From Escherichia coli (GTDB taxonomy: Bacteria; Pseudomonadota; Gammaproteobacteria; Enterobacterales; Enterobacteriaceae), in assembly GCF_030384885.1 (NCBI RefSeq), contig NZ_CP128613.1: a DNA stretch of 64,000 nt. One strand, 5' to 3'. This document shows, piece after piece, positions 45,112-54,830 of the stretch (positions within the stretch are counted from its first letter, which is position 1; every line of letters begins with the position of its first letter). The position numbers and the translations under genes are program-made. Under the pieces are notes generated by a model. The model made no database searches. It had not been told where the DNA came from and worked only from the letters and a program-made list of their open reading frames with translations.

Positions 45112-46332
45112 ATGAAATACCACTCTGAACCTCTGGTTCCCCATAAATCTGCCCTGATGCAAATGCCCGCAAATCTCCTTGCCGAAGATGTCTGTTTACC
45201 TGCCGCGATCATTAAAAAGCAGGCCCTGGAGAACAACATTACGTGGATGCAGCGTTATGCTGACGCGCGCGGCGTTTCACTGGCACCGCACGGTAAAACG
45301 ACCATGACGCCGTGGATTTTTCAGGCGCAGCAGGCCGCAGGTGCCTGGGCAATAGGTGTCGGTAGCGCATGGCAGGCTGGTGCGGCAATGGCGAGCGGTA
45401 TTCAGCGAGTGCTGATGGTTAACCAGTTGGTCGGCAAGGCGAATATGCAGTTGATTGCCCAGTTGCAACGGCATTACCCGACGGTCGATTTTATCTGCTG
45501 TATCGACAGCATTGAGAACGCCCGCGCTTTGTCTGCCTTTTTTGCCAGTCAGCAACAGACACTGAACGTGATGATTGAGTTGGGTGTTCCCGGCGGACGC
45601 TGTGGTTGCCGCTCAACGGATGCCGCACTGGCACTGGCTAAACAGGCGGCCCAATTACCAGGGCTACGTCTGCGCGGGCTTGAGTTATATGAAGGTGTTT
45701 TACACGGTGACGATCCACAACCGCAGGTAGAAGCACTGCTGCGGGATGCCGCACAACTGGCCTGTGATATGGCAAGTCTGGTTGATGGCGAGTTTATTCT
45801 CACCGGAGCAGGCACTGTCTGGTATGACGTGGTGTGCAATATCTGGCTGGCGGCAGAAAAGCCTGATAACTGCCGCATTGTTATTCGCCCTGGCTGCTAC
45901 ATCACTCACGACACCGGGATCTACGACGCGGCACAACAACAGTTGCTTGCCCGCGATCCTGTGGCCTGCGATCTGGCAGGCGATCTCACATCTGCGCTGG
46001 AACTGGTCGCCATGGTGCAATCGGTGCCGGAAGCTGATCGTGCGGTGGTAAATTTTGGTAAGCGTGATTGCGCCTTCGACGCCGGACTGCCGCAACCAGT
46101 CGCCCACTATCGCAACGGCAAATCACTGGCATTTGATCCACAGGCGATTCGCAGTACAGGCATTATGGATCAGCACTGCATGTTGCAACTGTCAGCTAAT
46201 AGCGACGTGCAAGTGGGGGATATTCTGGTGTTTGGCACATCGCATCCGTGCCTGACCTTCGACAAATGGAAAACGTTGTTATTGGCTGATGACGACTACA
46301 ACGTACTGGCGGAATTAGACACTCTCTTCTAA
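45112..46332 (+). CDS. PLP-dependent alanine-racemase-fold enzyme, DSD1 / D-threonine-aldolase / D-serine-dehydratase-like
   Basis: About 406 aa; PHGKT motif (putative PLP-lysine) typical of the DSD1/D-threonine aldolase family; RBS-like AAAGGTG upstream. Confidence 0.65.
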   Translation: MKYHSEPLVPHKSALMQMPANLLAEDVCLPAAIIKKQALENNITWMQRYADARGVSLAPHGKTTMTPWIFQAQQAAGAWAIGVGSAWQAGAAMASGIQRVLMVNQLVGKANMQLIAQLQRHYPTVDFICCIDSIENARALSAFFASQQQTLNVMIELGVPGGRCGCRSTDAALALAKQAAQLPGLRLRGLELYEGVLHGDDPQPQVEALLRDAAQLACDMASLVDGEFILTGAGTVWYDVVCNIWLAAEKPDNCRIVIRPGCYITHDTGIYDAAQQQLLARDPVACDLAGDLTSALELVAMVQSVPEADRAVVNFGKRDCAFDAGLPQPVAHYRNGKSLAFDPQAIRSTGIMDQHCMLQLSANSDVQVGDILVFGTSHPCLTFDKWKTLLLADDDYNVLAELDTLF

Positions 46333-46337
46333 GAATA

Positions 46338-46369
46338 CCCCTTCGGTTAATTATCGAAGGGGCATTTTT
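46338..46369 (+). terminator. Rho-independent terminator after the DSD1-like gene
   Basis: CCCCTTCG...CGAAGGGG hairpin followed by a T-tract. Confidence 0.7.
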
Positions 46370-46415
46370 ATTGTGATCTCAATCACATATCCACCCGACG
46401 AATAATTCTTGCCCA

Positions 46416-46443
46416 ACCGCTTACCGCCATTCCTGACCGCTTA
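46416..46443. promoter_or_regulatory. BtsR (YehT) response-regulator binding site upstream of btsT
   Basis: Direct repeat ACCGCTTA – 12 nt – ACCGCTTA, matching the described ACC(G/T)CTTA direct-repeat motif, about 140 bp upstream of the btsT start. Confidence 0.55.
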
Positions 46444-46584
46444 CGTCCCTAAAATAACCACTCAGTTATTTACCTTACTTTACGCGCGCGTAACTCTGGC
46501 AACATCACTGCAGGATAGCGGTCAATTTACCTCCTCAAACGCAACGCAAACCTAGAACGGCTTCGGCCAACTATTAATCAATAC

Positions 46585-48750
46585 ATGCCAGGTTTTACTA
46601 TGGATACTAAAAAGATATTCAAGCACATACCCTGGGTGATTCTCGGAATCATCGGTGCATTCTGCCTCGCGGTAGTTGCATTACGTCGGGGGGAGCACGT
46701 CAGTGCCCTGTGGATCGTGGTCGCCTCTGTGTCGGTGTATCTGGTGGCTTATCGCTACTACAGTCTGTACATCGCCCAGAAAGTGATGAAACTCGACCCC
46801 ACGCGCGCGACGCCTGCGGTTATTAACAATGACGGTCTGAACTATGTTCCGACCAACCGTTACGTGTTGTTTGGTCACCACTTCGCCGCTATCGCCGGTG
46901 CGGGTCCGCTGGTTGGTCCGGTTCTCGCCGCGCAGATGGGCTACCTGCCTGGCACTCTGTGGCTGCTGGCGGGGGTAGTGCTGGCCGGTGCGGTACAGGA
47001 CTTTATGGTGCTGTTTATCTCCTCTCGCCGTAACGGTGCATCTCTCGGTGAGATGATCAAAGAAGAGATGGGGCCAGTGCCGGGGACTATCGCGCTGTTT
47101 GGCTGTTTCTTAATCATGATCATCATCCTCGCCGTTCTGGCGCTGATTGTGGTTAAAGCCCTGGCCGAAAGTCCGTGGGGTGTCTTCACCGTTTGCTCAA
47201 CCGTACCAATTGCGCTGTTTATGGGTATCTACATGCGCTTTATCCGTCCGGGACGTGTAGGTGAAGTCTCTGTTATTGGTATCGTGCTGCTGGTTGCCTC
47301 TATCTACTTCGGTGGCGTAATTGCTCACGATCCGTACTGGGGTCCGGCACTGACCTTTAAAGACACCACCATTACCTTCGCGCTGATTGGCTATGCGTTT
47401 GTTTCCGCACTGCTGCCGGTGTGGCTGATCCTCGCACCGCGCGACTATCTGGCAACCTTCCTGAAAATCGGCGTTATCGTCGGCCTGGCGCTGGGTATCG
47501 TGGTGTTGAACCCGGAACTGAAAATGCCTGCGATGACGCAGTACATTGACGGTACTGGCCCGCTGTGGAAAGGCGCTCTGTTCCCGTTCCTGTTCATCAC
47601 CATCGCCTGTGGTGCGGTATCTGGCTTCCACGCGCTGATCTCTTCCGGTACGACGCCGAAACTGCTGGCTAACGAAACCGACGCGCGTTTCATTGGCTAC
47701 GGCGCAATGCTGATGGAGTCCTTCGTGGCGATTATGGCGCTGGTTGCTGCATCCATCATCGAACCGGGTCTTTACTTCGCGATGAATACCCCGCCTGCGG
47801 GCCTTGGCATCACCATGCCTAACCTGCATGAAATGGGTGGCGAGAACGCGCCGATCATCATGGCGCAGCTGAAAGACGTTACCGCACACGCGGCAGCGAC
47901 TGTCAGCTCCTGGGGCTTCGTGATTTCGCCAGAGCAGATCCTGCAAACCGCGAAAGACATTGGTGAGCCTTCTGTCCTGAACCGTGCAGGTGGTGCGCCG
48001 ACGCTGGCGGTAGGTATCGCTCACGTGTTCCACAAAGTGCTGCCGATGGCTGACATGGGCTTCTGGTATCACTTCGGTATTCTGTTCGAAGCCCTGTTCA
48101 TCCTGACCGCGCTGGATGCGGGTACCCGTTCTGGCCGCTTTATGCTGCAAGACCTGCTGGGTAACTTCATCCCGTTCCTGAAAAAAACCGATTCTCTGGT
48201 TGCCGGTATCATCGGTACTGCGGGCTGTGTGGGTCTGTGGGGCTACCTGCTGTATCAGGGCGTGGTCGATCCGCTGGGCGGCGTTAAGAGCCTGTGGCCG
48301 CTGTTCGGTATCTCCAACCAGATGCTGGCAGCCGTAGCGCTGGTACTGGGCACCGTTGTGCTGATTAAGATGAAGCGCACCCAATACATCTGGGTGACTG
48401 TTGTTCCGGCTGTATGGCTGCTTATCTGCACCACCTGGGCGCTGGGCCTGAAACTGTTCAGCACCAACCCGCAGATGGAAGGCTTCTTCTATATGGCAAG
48501 CCAGTACAAAGAGAAGATTGCTAACGGTACTGACCTGACGGCACAGCAGATTGCCAACATGAACCACATCGTTGTGAACAACTACACCAACGCGGGCCTG
48601 AGTATTCTGTTCCTGATTGTGGTGTACAGCATCATCTTCTACGGTTTCAAAACCTGGTTGAAGGTGCGTAACAGCGACAAACGTACTGACAAAGAAACAC
48701 CGTACGTTCCAATCCCGGAAGGCGGCGTGAAGATCTCTTCGCACCACTAA
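46585..48750 (+). CDS. btsT: CstA-family pyruvate/H+ symporter BtsT (YjiY)
   Basis: 721-aa polytopic CstA-family ORF; synteny with yjiX and yjiA. Confidence 0.92.
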   Translation: MPGFTMDTKKIFKHIPWVILGIIGAFCLAVVALRRGEHVSALWIVVASVSVYLVAYRYYSLYIAQKVMKLDPTRATPAVINNDGLNYVPTNRYVLFGHHFAAIAGAGPLVGPVLAAQMGYLPGTLWLLAGVVLAGAVQDFMVLFISSRRNGASLGEMIKEEMGPVPGTIALFGCFLIMIIILAVLALIVVKALAESPWGVFTVCSTVPIALFMGIYMRFIRPGRVGEVSVIGIVLLVASIYFGGVIAHDPYWGPALTFKDTTITFALIGYAFVSALLPVWLILAPRDYLATFLKIGVIVGLALGIVVLNPELKMPAMTQYIDGTGPLWKGALFPFLFITIACGAVSGFHALISSGTTPKLLANETDARFIGYGAMLMESFVAIMALVAASIIEPGLYFAMNTPPAGLGITMPNLHEMGGENAPIIMAQLKDVTAHAAATVSSWGFVISPEQILQTAKDIGEPSVLNRAGGAPTLAVGIAHVFHKVLPMADMGFWYHFGILFEALFILTALDAGTRSGRFMLQDLLGNFIPFLKKTDSLVAGIIGTAGCVGLWGYLLYQGVVDPLGGVKSLWPLFGISNQMLAAVALVLGTVVLIKMKRTQYIWVTVVPAVWLLICTTWALGLKLFSTNPQMEGFFYMASQYKEKIANGTDLTAQQIANMNHIVVNNYTNAGLSILFLIVVYSIIFYGFKTWLKVRNSDKRTDKETPYVPIPEGGVKISSHH

Positions 48751-48758
48751 CCGTGTTT

Positions 48759-48786
48759 AGCCCCGCTTCGGCGGGGCTTTGTTCTT
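48759..48786 (+). terminator. Hairpin after btsT
   Basis: AGCCCCGC-TTCG-GCGGGGCT followed by TTGTTCTT. Confidence 0.55.
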
Positions 48787-48799
48787 ATCAGAGTGAACT

Positions 48800-49003
48800 A
48801 TGTTTGGTAACTTAGGACAGGCAAAAAAATATCTCGGCCAGGCGGCAAAGATGTTGATTGGCATTCCAGACTACGACAACTACGTCGAGCATATGAAGAC
48901 CAACCATCCCGACAAGCCGTACATGAGCTATGAAGAATTCTTCCGCGAACGCCAGAACGCGCGCTACGGCGGCGATGGTAAAGGCGGTATGCGCTGTTGT
49001 TAA
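48800..49003 (+). CDS. yjiX: Small protein YjiX (YbdD/YjiX family)
   Basis: 67-aa [31 protein letters not shown]...; co-located with the CstA-family gene. Confidence 0.85.
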
Positions 49004-49013
49004 TGGAGAGAGC

Positions 49014-49970
49014 ATGAACCCGATTGCAGTTACCCTACTCACCGGTTTTTTAGGCGCAGGCAAAACCACCCTGCTGCGCCATATTCTTAATGAACAGCAC
49101 GGCTACAAAATTGCCGTGATTGAAAACGAATTCGGCGAAGTCTCCGTTGATGATCAACTGATTGGCGACCGCGCCACGCAGATCAAAACGCTGACCAACG
49201 GCTGCATCTGTTGTTCGCGCTCCAACGAGCTGGAGGACGCGCTACTCGACCTGCTGGATAATCTCGACAAGGGCAATATTCAGTTCGACCGTCTGGTCAT
49301 TGAATGCACAGGCATGGCCGATCCCGGCCCGATTATTCAGACCTTTTTCTCCCATGAGATTTTATGCCAGCGTTACCTGCTGGACGGCGTGATTGCGCTG
49401 GTGGATGCGGTACATGCCGATGAGCAGATGAACCAGTTCACCATCGCCCAGTCACAGGTTGGCTACGCCGACCGCATTCTGCTGACCAAAACCGACGTCG
49501 CAGGCGAAGCAGAAAAACTGCGTGAACGCCTGGCGCGCATCAACGCCCGCGCACCGGTCTACACCGTCACCCACGGCGACATCGATCTGGGCCTGCTGTT
49601 CAACACCAACGGTTTTATGCTGGAAGAAAACGTCGTCAGCACCAAACCACGTTTCCACTTTATCGCGGATAAACAAAACGATATTTCGTCGATTGTGGTG
49701 GAACTGGATTACCCGGTAGATATCAGCGAAGTTTCCCGCGTGATGGAAAACCTGCTGCTGGAGTCGGCGGATAAACTGCTACGTTACAAAGGGATGCTGT
49801 GGATTGACGGCGAACCTAATCGCCTGTTGTTCCAGGGCGTCCAGCGCCTCTACAGCGCCGACTGGGACCGCCCGTGGGGCGATGAAAAACCGCATAGCAC
49901 TATGGTGTTTATCGGGATTCAGCTGCCGGAGGATGAGATTCGGGCAGCGTTTGCGGGGTTGAGGAAGTAA
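49014..49970 (+). CDS. yjiA: CobW/COG0523-family metal-binding GTPase YjiA
   Basis: 318 aa from MNPIAVTLLTGFLGAGKTTLL (Walker A); CICC motif. Confidence 0.92.
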   Translation: MNPIAVTLLTGFLGAGKTTLLRHILNEQHGYKIAVIENEFGEVSVDDQLIGDRATQIKTLTNGCICCSRSNELEDALLDLLDNLDKGNIQFDRLVIECTGMADPGPIIQTFFSHEILCQRYLLDGVIALVDAVHADEQMNQFTIAQSQVGYADRILLTKTDVAGEAEKLRERLARINARAPVYTVTHGDIDLGLLFNTNGFMLEENVVSTKPRFHFIADKQNDISSIVVELDYPVDISEVSRVMENLLLESADKLLRYKGMLWIDGEPNRLLFQGVQRLYSADWDRPWGDEKPHSTMVFIGIQLPEDEIRAAFAGLRK

Positions 49971-49979
49971 GGGGTTATG

Positions 49980-50010
49980 GGCCGGATAAGGCGCAGCCGC
50001 ATCCGGCCTG
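49980..50010. repeat. REP element
   Basis: GCCGGATAAGGCGCAGCCGCATCCGGC palindromic unit between yjiA and mrr. Confidence 0.6.
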
Positions 50011-50015
50011 ATATT

Positions 50016-50930
50016 TCACTCAAAATAGTCCATATCCAGTTTCGGCACCTTCAACAAACGTGAAGAAACCCCTACTTCGTTTTCGATCATTAAGTGCACC
50101 AGGCGTTCCCCATCAACCAACACCATACCCTCGACGGATTGGGCAAAGTCACGCGCCTGAGAAGTAAATCCAGAAGTGGTAATAAACACCCCACGTTTCG
50201 CTTTTTGCCCAGCCAGTGCGCCGTAAAATGCCTGTAATTCTGGCCTGCCTACAGTATTCTGCCAACGTTTTGCCTGAACATAAACTTTCTCCAGGCCAAG
50301 TTTATCAAGCGATATCACACCATCGATGCCACCATCTCCAGTACCGCCAACACGCTGCAAATCATCACGGTGGCCGCCATACCCCAGGCGATGCAAAACA
50401 TCCAGAACAATGACTTCAAAGCGCGAAGGAGAAACCTGCAATAAGTTTTCCAGAACCTCATCAGCCACCGCATCACGAAGCTCTTTTAGCGCCTGATCTA
50501 ACCGATCGTCCGGGCTGCTCTTTGCAAGTTCTTCATGATCGGGAGAGTCGGCTTTCGGATCTAAATCGACGGCATCCGGCCGTGACTTAAGTTTGACATT
50601 CACAAAAGCGAAGGCCAGATGGTTCGTCTCCTGCTCCGTCATTGGCTGGGGATGAGACGCAACCCAGTCAAAACCCGCAGGAGTCAGGCACCATTTGCCA
50701 CGCGACAAACTTTGCGACAACCCGGCACGTTTTAAACGGTCATGCGCCCAGCCTGCACGATTTTTATAAACAAGTTGTCCGCTGGTAATGACTTTCGCTC
50801 GCTGGCTGTCATCCAGTCCTAATGCATCCGCGGCAGCCTCATGAACATCACGCGCGGCTGCACCTTCCGGTTTTGTTGCCAGATAACGCAGAACAGGTTC
50901 AATAAATTTGTCATAGGTAGGAACCGTCAT
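50016..50930 (-). CDS. mrr: Mrr modification-dependent (type IV) restriction endonuclease
   Basis: 304-aa ORF with N-terminal winged-helix region and C-terminal Mrr-cat nuclease domain; adjacent to hsdR. Confidence 0.9.
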   Translation of the reverse strand: MTVPTYDKFIEPVLRYLATKPEGAAARDVHEAAADALGLDDSQRAKVITSGQLVYKNRAGWAHDRLKRAGLSQSLSRGKWCLTPAGFDWVASHPQPMTEQETNHLAFAFVNVKLKSRPDAVDLDPKADSPDHEELAKSSPDDRLDQALKELRDAVADEVLENLLQVSPSRFEVIVLDVLHRLGYGGHRDDLQRVGGTGDGGIDGVISLDKLGLEKVYVQAKRWQNTVGRPELQAFYGALAGQKAKRGVFITTSGFTSQARDFAQSVEGMVLVDGERLVHLMIENEVGVSSRLLKVPKLDMDYFE

Positions 50931-51117
50931 AGTACATCCTTGCAGAATCAGGTAGATGTTTTTCGGCTACTATAACACTACCAAAATAGACGAACACGTT
51001 AGAAATGAGTCAGTTGCTGTGACCGTGGTCATTGCCCGGAAAGGTACAGAAAGCTAAGATGAGATGTTATGGGCCTTAAATATTTGGACAGGCCCGCACA
51101 GCAATGGATTAATAACA

Positions 51118-54100
51118 ATGATGAATAAATCCAATTTTGAATTCCTGAAGGGCGTCAACGACTTCACTTATGCCATCGCCTGTGCGGCGGAAAATAACTA
51201 CCCGGATGATCCCAACACGACGCTGATTAAAATGCGTATGTTTGGCGAAGCCACAGCGAAACATCTTGGTCTGTTACTCAACATCCCCCCTTGTGAGAAT
51301 CAACACGATCTCCTGCGCGAACTCGGCAAAATCGCCTTCGTTGATGACAACATCCTCTCTGTATTTCACAAATTACGCCGCATTGGTAACCAGGCGGTGC
51401 ACGAATATCATAACGATCTCGACGATGCCCAGATGTGCCTGCGGCTCGGGTTCCGCCTGGCTGTCTGGTACTACCGTCTGGTCACCAAAGATTATGACTT
51501 CCCGGTGCCGGTGTTTGTGTTGCCGGAACGTGGTGAAAACCTCTATCACCAGGAAGTGCTGACGCTAAAACAACAGCTTGAACAGCAGGCGCGAGAAAAA
51601 GCGCAGACTCAGGCGGAAGTGGAAGCGCAACAGCAGAAGCTGGTTGCCCTGAACGGCTATATCGCCATTCTGGAAGGCAAGCAGCAGGAAACCGAAGCGC
51701 AAACCCTGGCTCGCCTTGCGGCACTGGAAGCACAGCTCGCCGAGAAGAACGCGGAACTGGCAAAACAGACCGAACAGGAACGTAAGGCTTACCACAAAGA
51801 AATTACCGATCAGGCCATCAAGCGCACACTCAACCTTAGCGAAGAAGAGAGTCGCTTCCTGATTGACGCGCAACTGCGTAAAGCAGGCTGGCAGGCCGAC
51901 AGCAAAACCCTGCGCTTCTCCAAAGGCGCACGCCCTGAACCCGGCGTCAATAAAGCCATTGCTGAATGGCCGACCGGCAAAGATGAAACGGGTAATCAGG
52001 GCTTTGCGGATTATGTGCTGTTTGTCGGCCTCAAACCCATCGCGGTGGTAGAGGCGAAACGTAAAAATATCGACGTTCCCGGCAAGCTCAATGAGTCTTA
52101 TCGCTACAGCAAATGCTTCGATAATGGCTTCCTGCGGGAAACCTTGCTTGAGCACTACTCACCGGATGAAGTGCATGAAGCGGTGCCGGAGTATGAAACC
52201 AGCTGGCAGGACACCAGCGGCCAACAACGGTTTAAAATCCCCTTCTGCTACTCGACCAACGGGCGCGAATACCGCGCAGCAATGAAAACTAAAAGCGGCA
52301 TCTGGTATCGCGACGTGCGTGATACCCGTAATATGTCGAAAGCCTTACCCGAGTGGCATCGCCCGGAAGAGCTGCTGGAAATGCTCGGCAGTGAACCGCA
52401 AAAACAGAATCAGTGGTTTGCCGATAACCCTGGCATGAGCGAGCTGGGCCTGCGTTATTATCAGGAAGATGCCGTCCGCGCGGTTGAAAAGGCAATCGTC
52501 AAGGGTCAACAAGAGATCCTGCTGGCGATGGCGACCGGTACCGGTAAAACCCGTACGGCAATCGCCATGATGTTCCGCCTGATCCAGTCCCAACGTTTTA
52601 AACGCATTCTCTTCCTTGTGGATCGCCGTTCTCTTGGCGAGCAGGCGCTGGGGGCGTTTGAAGATACGCGTATTAACGGCGACACCTTCAACAGCATTTT
52701 CGACATTAAAGGTCTGACGGATAAATTCCCGGAAGACAGCACCAAAATTCACGTTGCCACCGTACAGTCGCTGGTGAAACGCACCCTGCAATCAGATGAA
52801 CCAATGCCGGTGGCCCGTTACGACTGTATCGTCGTTGACGAAGCGCATCGCGGCTATATTCTCGATAAAGAGCAGACCGAAGGCGAGCTGCAGTTCCGCA
52901 GCCAGCTGGATTACGTCTCTGCCTACCGTCGCATTCTCGATCACTTCGATGCGGTAAAAATCGCCCTCACCGCCACCCCGGCGCTGCATACGGTGCAGAT
53001 TTTCGGCGAGCCGGTTTACCGTTATACCTACCGTACCGCGGTTATCGACGGTTTTCTGATCGACCAGGATCCGCCGATCCAAATCACCACCCGCAACGCC
53101 CAGGAGGGAGTTTATCTCGCCAAAGGCGAGCAGGTTGAGCGCATCAGCCCGCAGGGGGAAGTGATCAACGACACCCTGGAAGACGATCAGGATTTTGAGG
53201 TCGCCGACTTTAACCGTGGCCTGGTGATCCCGGCGTTTAACCGCGCCGTCTGTAACGAACTCACCAACTACCTTGACCCGACCGGGTTACAAAAAACGCT
53301 GGTCTTCTGCGTCACTAATGCTCATGCCGATATGGTGGTGGAAGAGCTGCGTGCCGCGTTCAAGAAAAAGTATCCGCAACTGGAGCACGACGCGATCATC
53401 AAGATCACTGGTGATGCCGATAAAGACGCGCGCAAAGTGCAGACCATGATCACCCGCTTCAATAAAGAGCGGCTGCCCAATATCGTGGTAACCGTCGACC
53501 TGCTGACGACCGGCGTCGATATTCCGTCGATCTGTAATATCGTGTTCCTGCGTAAAGTACGCAGCCGCATTCTGTACGAACAGATGAAAGGCCGCGCCAC
53601 GCGCTTATGCCCGGAGGTGAATAAAACCAGCTTTAAGATTTTTGACTGTGTCGATATCTACAGCACGCTGGAGAGCGTCGACACCATGCGTCCGGTGGTG
53701 GTGCGTCCGAAGGTGGAACTGCAAACGCTGGTCAACGAAATTACCGATTCAGAAACCTATAAAATCACCGAAGCGGATGGCCGCAGTTTTGCCGAGCACA
53801 GCCATGAACAACTGGTGGCGAAGCTCCAGCGCATCATCGGCCTGGCCACGTTTAACCGTGACCGCAGCGAAACGATAGATAAACAGGTGCGTCGTCTGGA
53901 TGAGCTATGCCAGGACGCGGCGGGCGTGAACTTTAACGGCTTCGCCTCGCGCCTGCGTGAAAAAGGGCCGCACTGGAGCGCCGAAGTCTTTAACAAACTG
54001 CCTGGCTTTATCGCCCGTCTGGAAAAGCTGAAAACGGACATCAACAACCTGAATGATGCGCCGATCTTCCTCGATATCGACGATGAAGTGGTGAGTGTAA

Positions 54101-54630
54101 AATCGCTGTACGGTGATTACGACACGCCGCAGGATTTCCTCGAAGCCTTTGACTCGCTGGTGCAACGTTCCCCGAACGCGCAACCGGCATTGCAGGCAGT
54201 TATTAATCGCCCGCGCGATCTCACCCGTAAAGGGCTGGTCGAGCTACAGGAGTGGTTTGACCGCCAGCACTTTGAGGAATCTTCCCTGCGCAAAGCATGG
54301 AAAGAGACGCGCAATGAAGATATCGCCGCCCGGCTGATTGGTCATATTCGCCGCGCTGCGGTGGGCGATGCGCTGAAACCGTTTGAGGAACGTGTCGATC
54401 ACGCGCTGACGCGTATCAAGGGCGAAAACGACTGGAGCAGCGAGCAATTAAGCTGGCTCGATCGTTTAGCGCAGGCGCTGAAAGAGAAAGTGGTGCTCGA
54501 CGACGATGTCTTCAAAACCGGCAATTTCCACCGTCGCGGCGGGAAGGCGATGCTGCAAAGAACCTTTGACGATAATCTCGACAGCCTGCTCGATAAATTC
54601 AGCGATTATATCTGGGACGAACTGGCCTGA
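51118..54630 (+). CDS. hsdR: Type I restriction enzyme R subunit HsdR
   Basis: 1170 aa from MMNKSNFEFLKG...; SF2 helicase motifs (LLAMATGTGKT Walker A, DEAH-like VVDEAHRG). Confidence 0.95.
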   Translation: MMNKSNFEFLKGVNDFTYAIACAAENNYPDDPNTTLIKMRMFGEATAKHLGLLLNIPPCENQHDLLRELGKIAFVDDNILSVFHKLRRIGNQAVHEYHNDLDDAQMCLRLGFRLAVWYYRLVTKDYDFPVPVFVLPERGENLYHQEVLTLKQQLEQQAREKAQTQAEVEAQQQKLVALNGYIAILEGKQQETEAQTLARLAALEAQLAEKNAELAKQTEQERKAYHKEITDQAIKRTLNLSEEESRFLIDAQLRKAGWQADSKTLRFSKGARPEPGVNKAIAEWPTGKDETGNQGFADYVLFVGLKPIAVVEAKRKNIDVPGKLNESYRYSKCFDNGFLRETLLEHYSPDEVHEAVPEYETSWQDTSGQQRFKIPFCYSTNGREYRAAMKTKSGIWYRDVRDTRNMSKALPEWHRPEELLEMLGSEPQKQNQWFADNPGMSELGLRYYQEDAVRAVEKAIVKGQQEILLAMATGTGKTRTAIAMMFRLIQSQRFKRILFLVDRRSLGEQALGAFEDTRINGDTFNSIFDIKGLTDKFPEDSTKIHVATVQSLVKRTLQSDEPMPVARYDCIVVDEAHRGYILDKEQTEGELQFRSQLDYVSAYRRILDHFDAVKIALTATPALHTVQIFGEPVYRYTYRTAVIDGFLIDQDPPIQITTRNAQEGVYLAKGEQVERISPQGEVINDTLEDDQDFEVADFNRGLVIPAFNRAVCNELTNYLDPTGLQKTLVFCVTNAHADMVVEELRAAFKKKYPQLEHDAIIKITGDADKDARKVQTMITRFNKERLPNIVVTVDLLTTGVDIPSICNIVFLRKVRSRILYEQMKGRATRLCPEVNKTSFKIFDCVDIYSTLESVDTMRPVVVRPKVELQTLVNEITDSETYKITEADGRSFAEHSHEQLVAKLQRIIGLATFNRDRSETIDKQVRRLDELCQDAAGVNFNGFASRLREKGPHWSAEVFNKLPGFIARLEKLKTDINNLNDAPIFLDIDDEVVSVKSLYGDYDTPQDFLEAFDSLVQRSPNAQPALQAVINRPRDLTRKGLVELQEWFDRQHFEESSLRKAWKETRNEDIAARLIGHIRRAAVGDALKPFEERVDHALTRIKGENDWSSEQLSWLDRLAQALKEKVVLDDDVFKTGNFHRRGGKAMLQRTFDDNLDSLLDKFSDYIWDELA

Positions 54631-54830
54631 CACGTATACACTTCATCCTTCAGGCTGCCTCTGCGTTGGCTGCGCTCGTTCACCCCGGTCACGTACTTCT
54701 GTACGCTCCCGGGGATTCACTCACTTGCCGCCTTGATGCAACCTGAATGATTTTGTGTATATTACCCTCGGCAATTTCTTCTTCTGCGGCCCGATGAATT
54801 TGGGCCGCTGCTTAATTTACGGAACTCACA

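Noticed and set aside
47197-48747. 516-aa minus-strand ORF
   Set aside because: Antisense to btsT; Arg/His-rich low-complexity translation typical of a GC-rich shadow frame.
51565-52155. 196-aa minus-strand ORF and other ORFs of 60-150 aa inside hsdR
   Set aside because: Embedded antisense or out-of-frame within the hsdR helicase reading frame.
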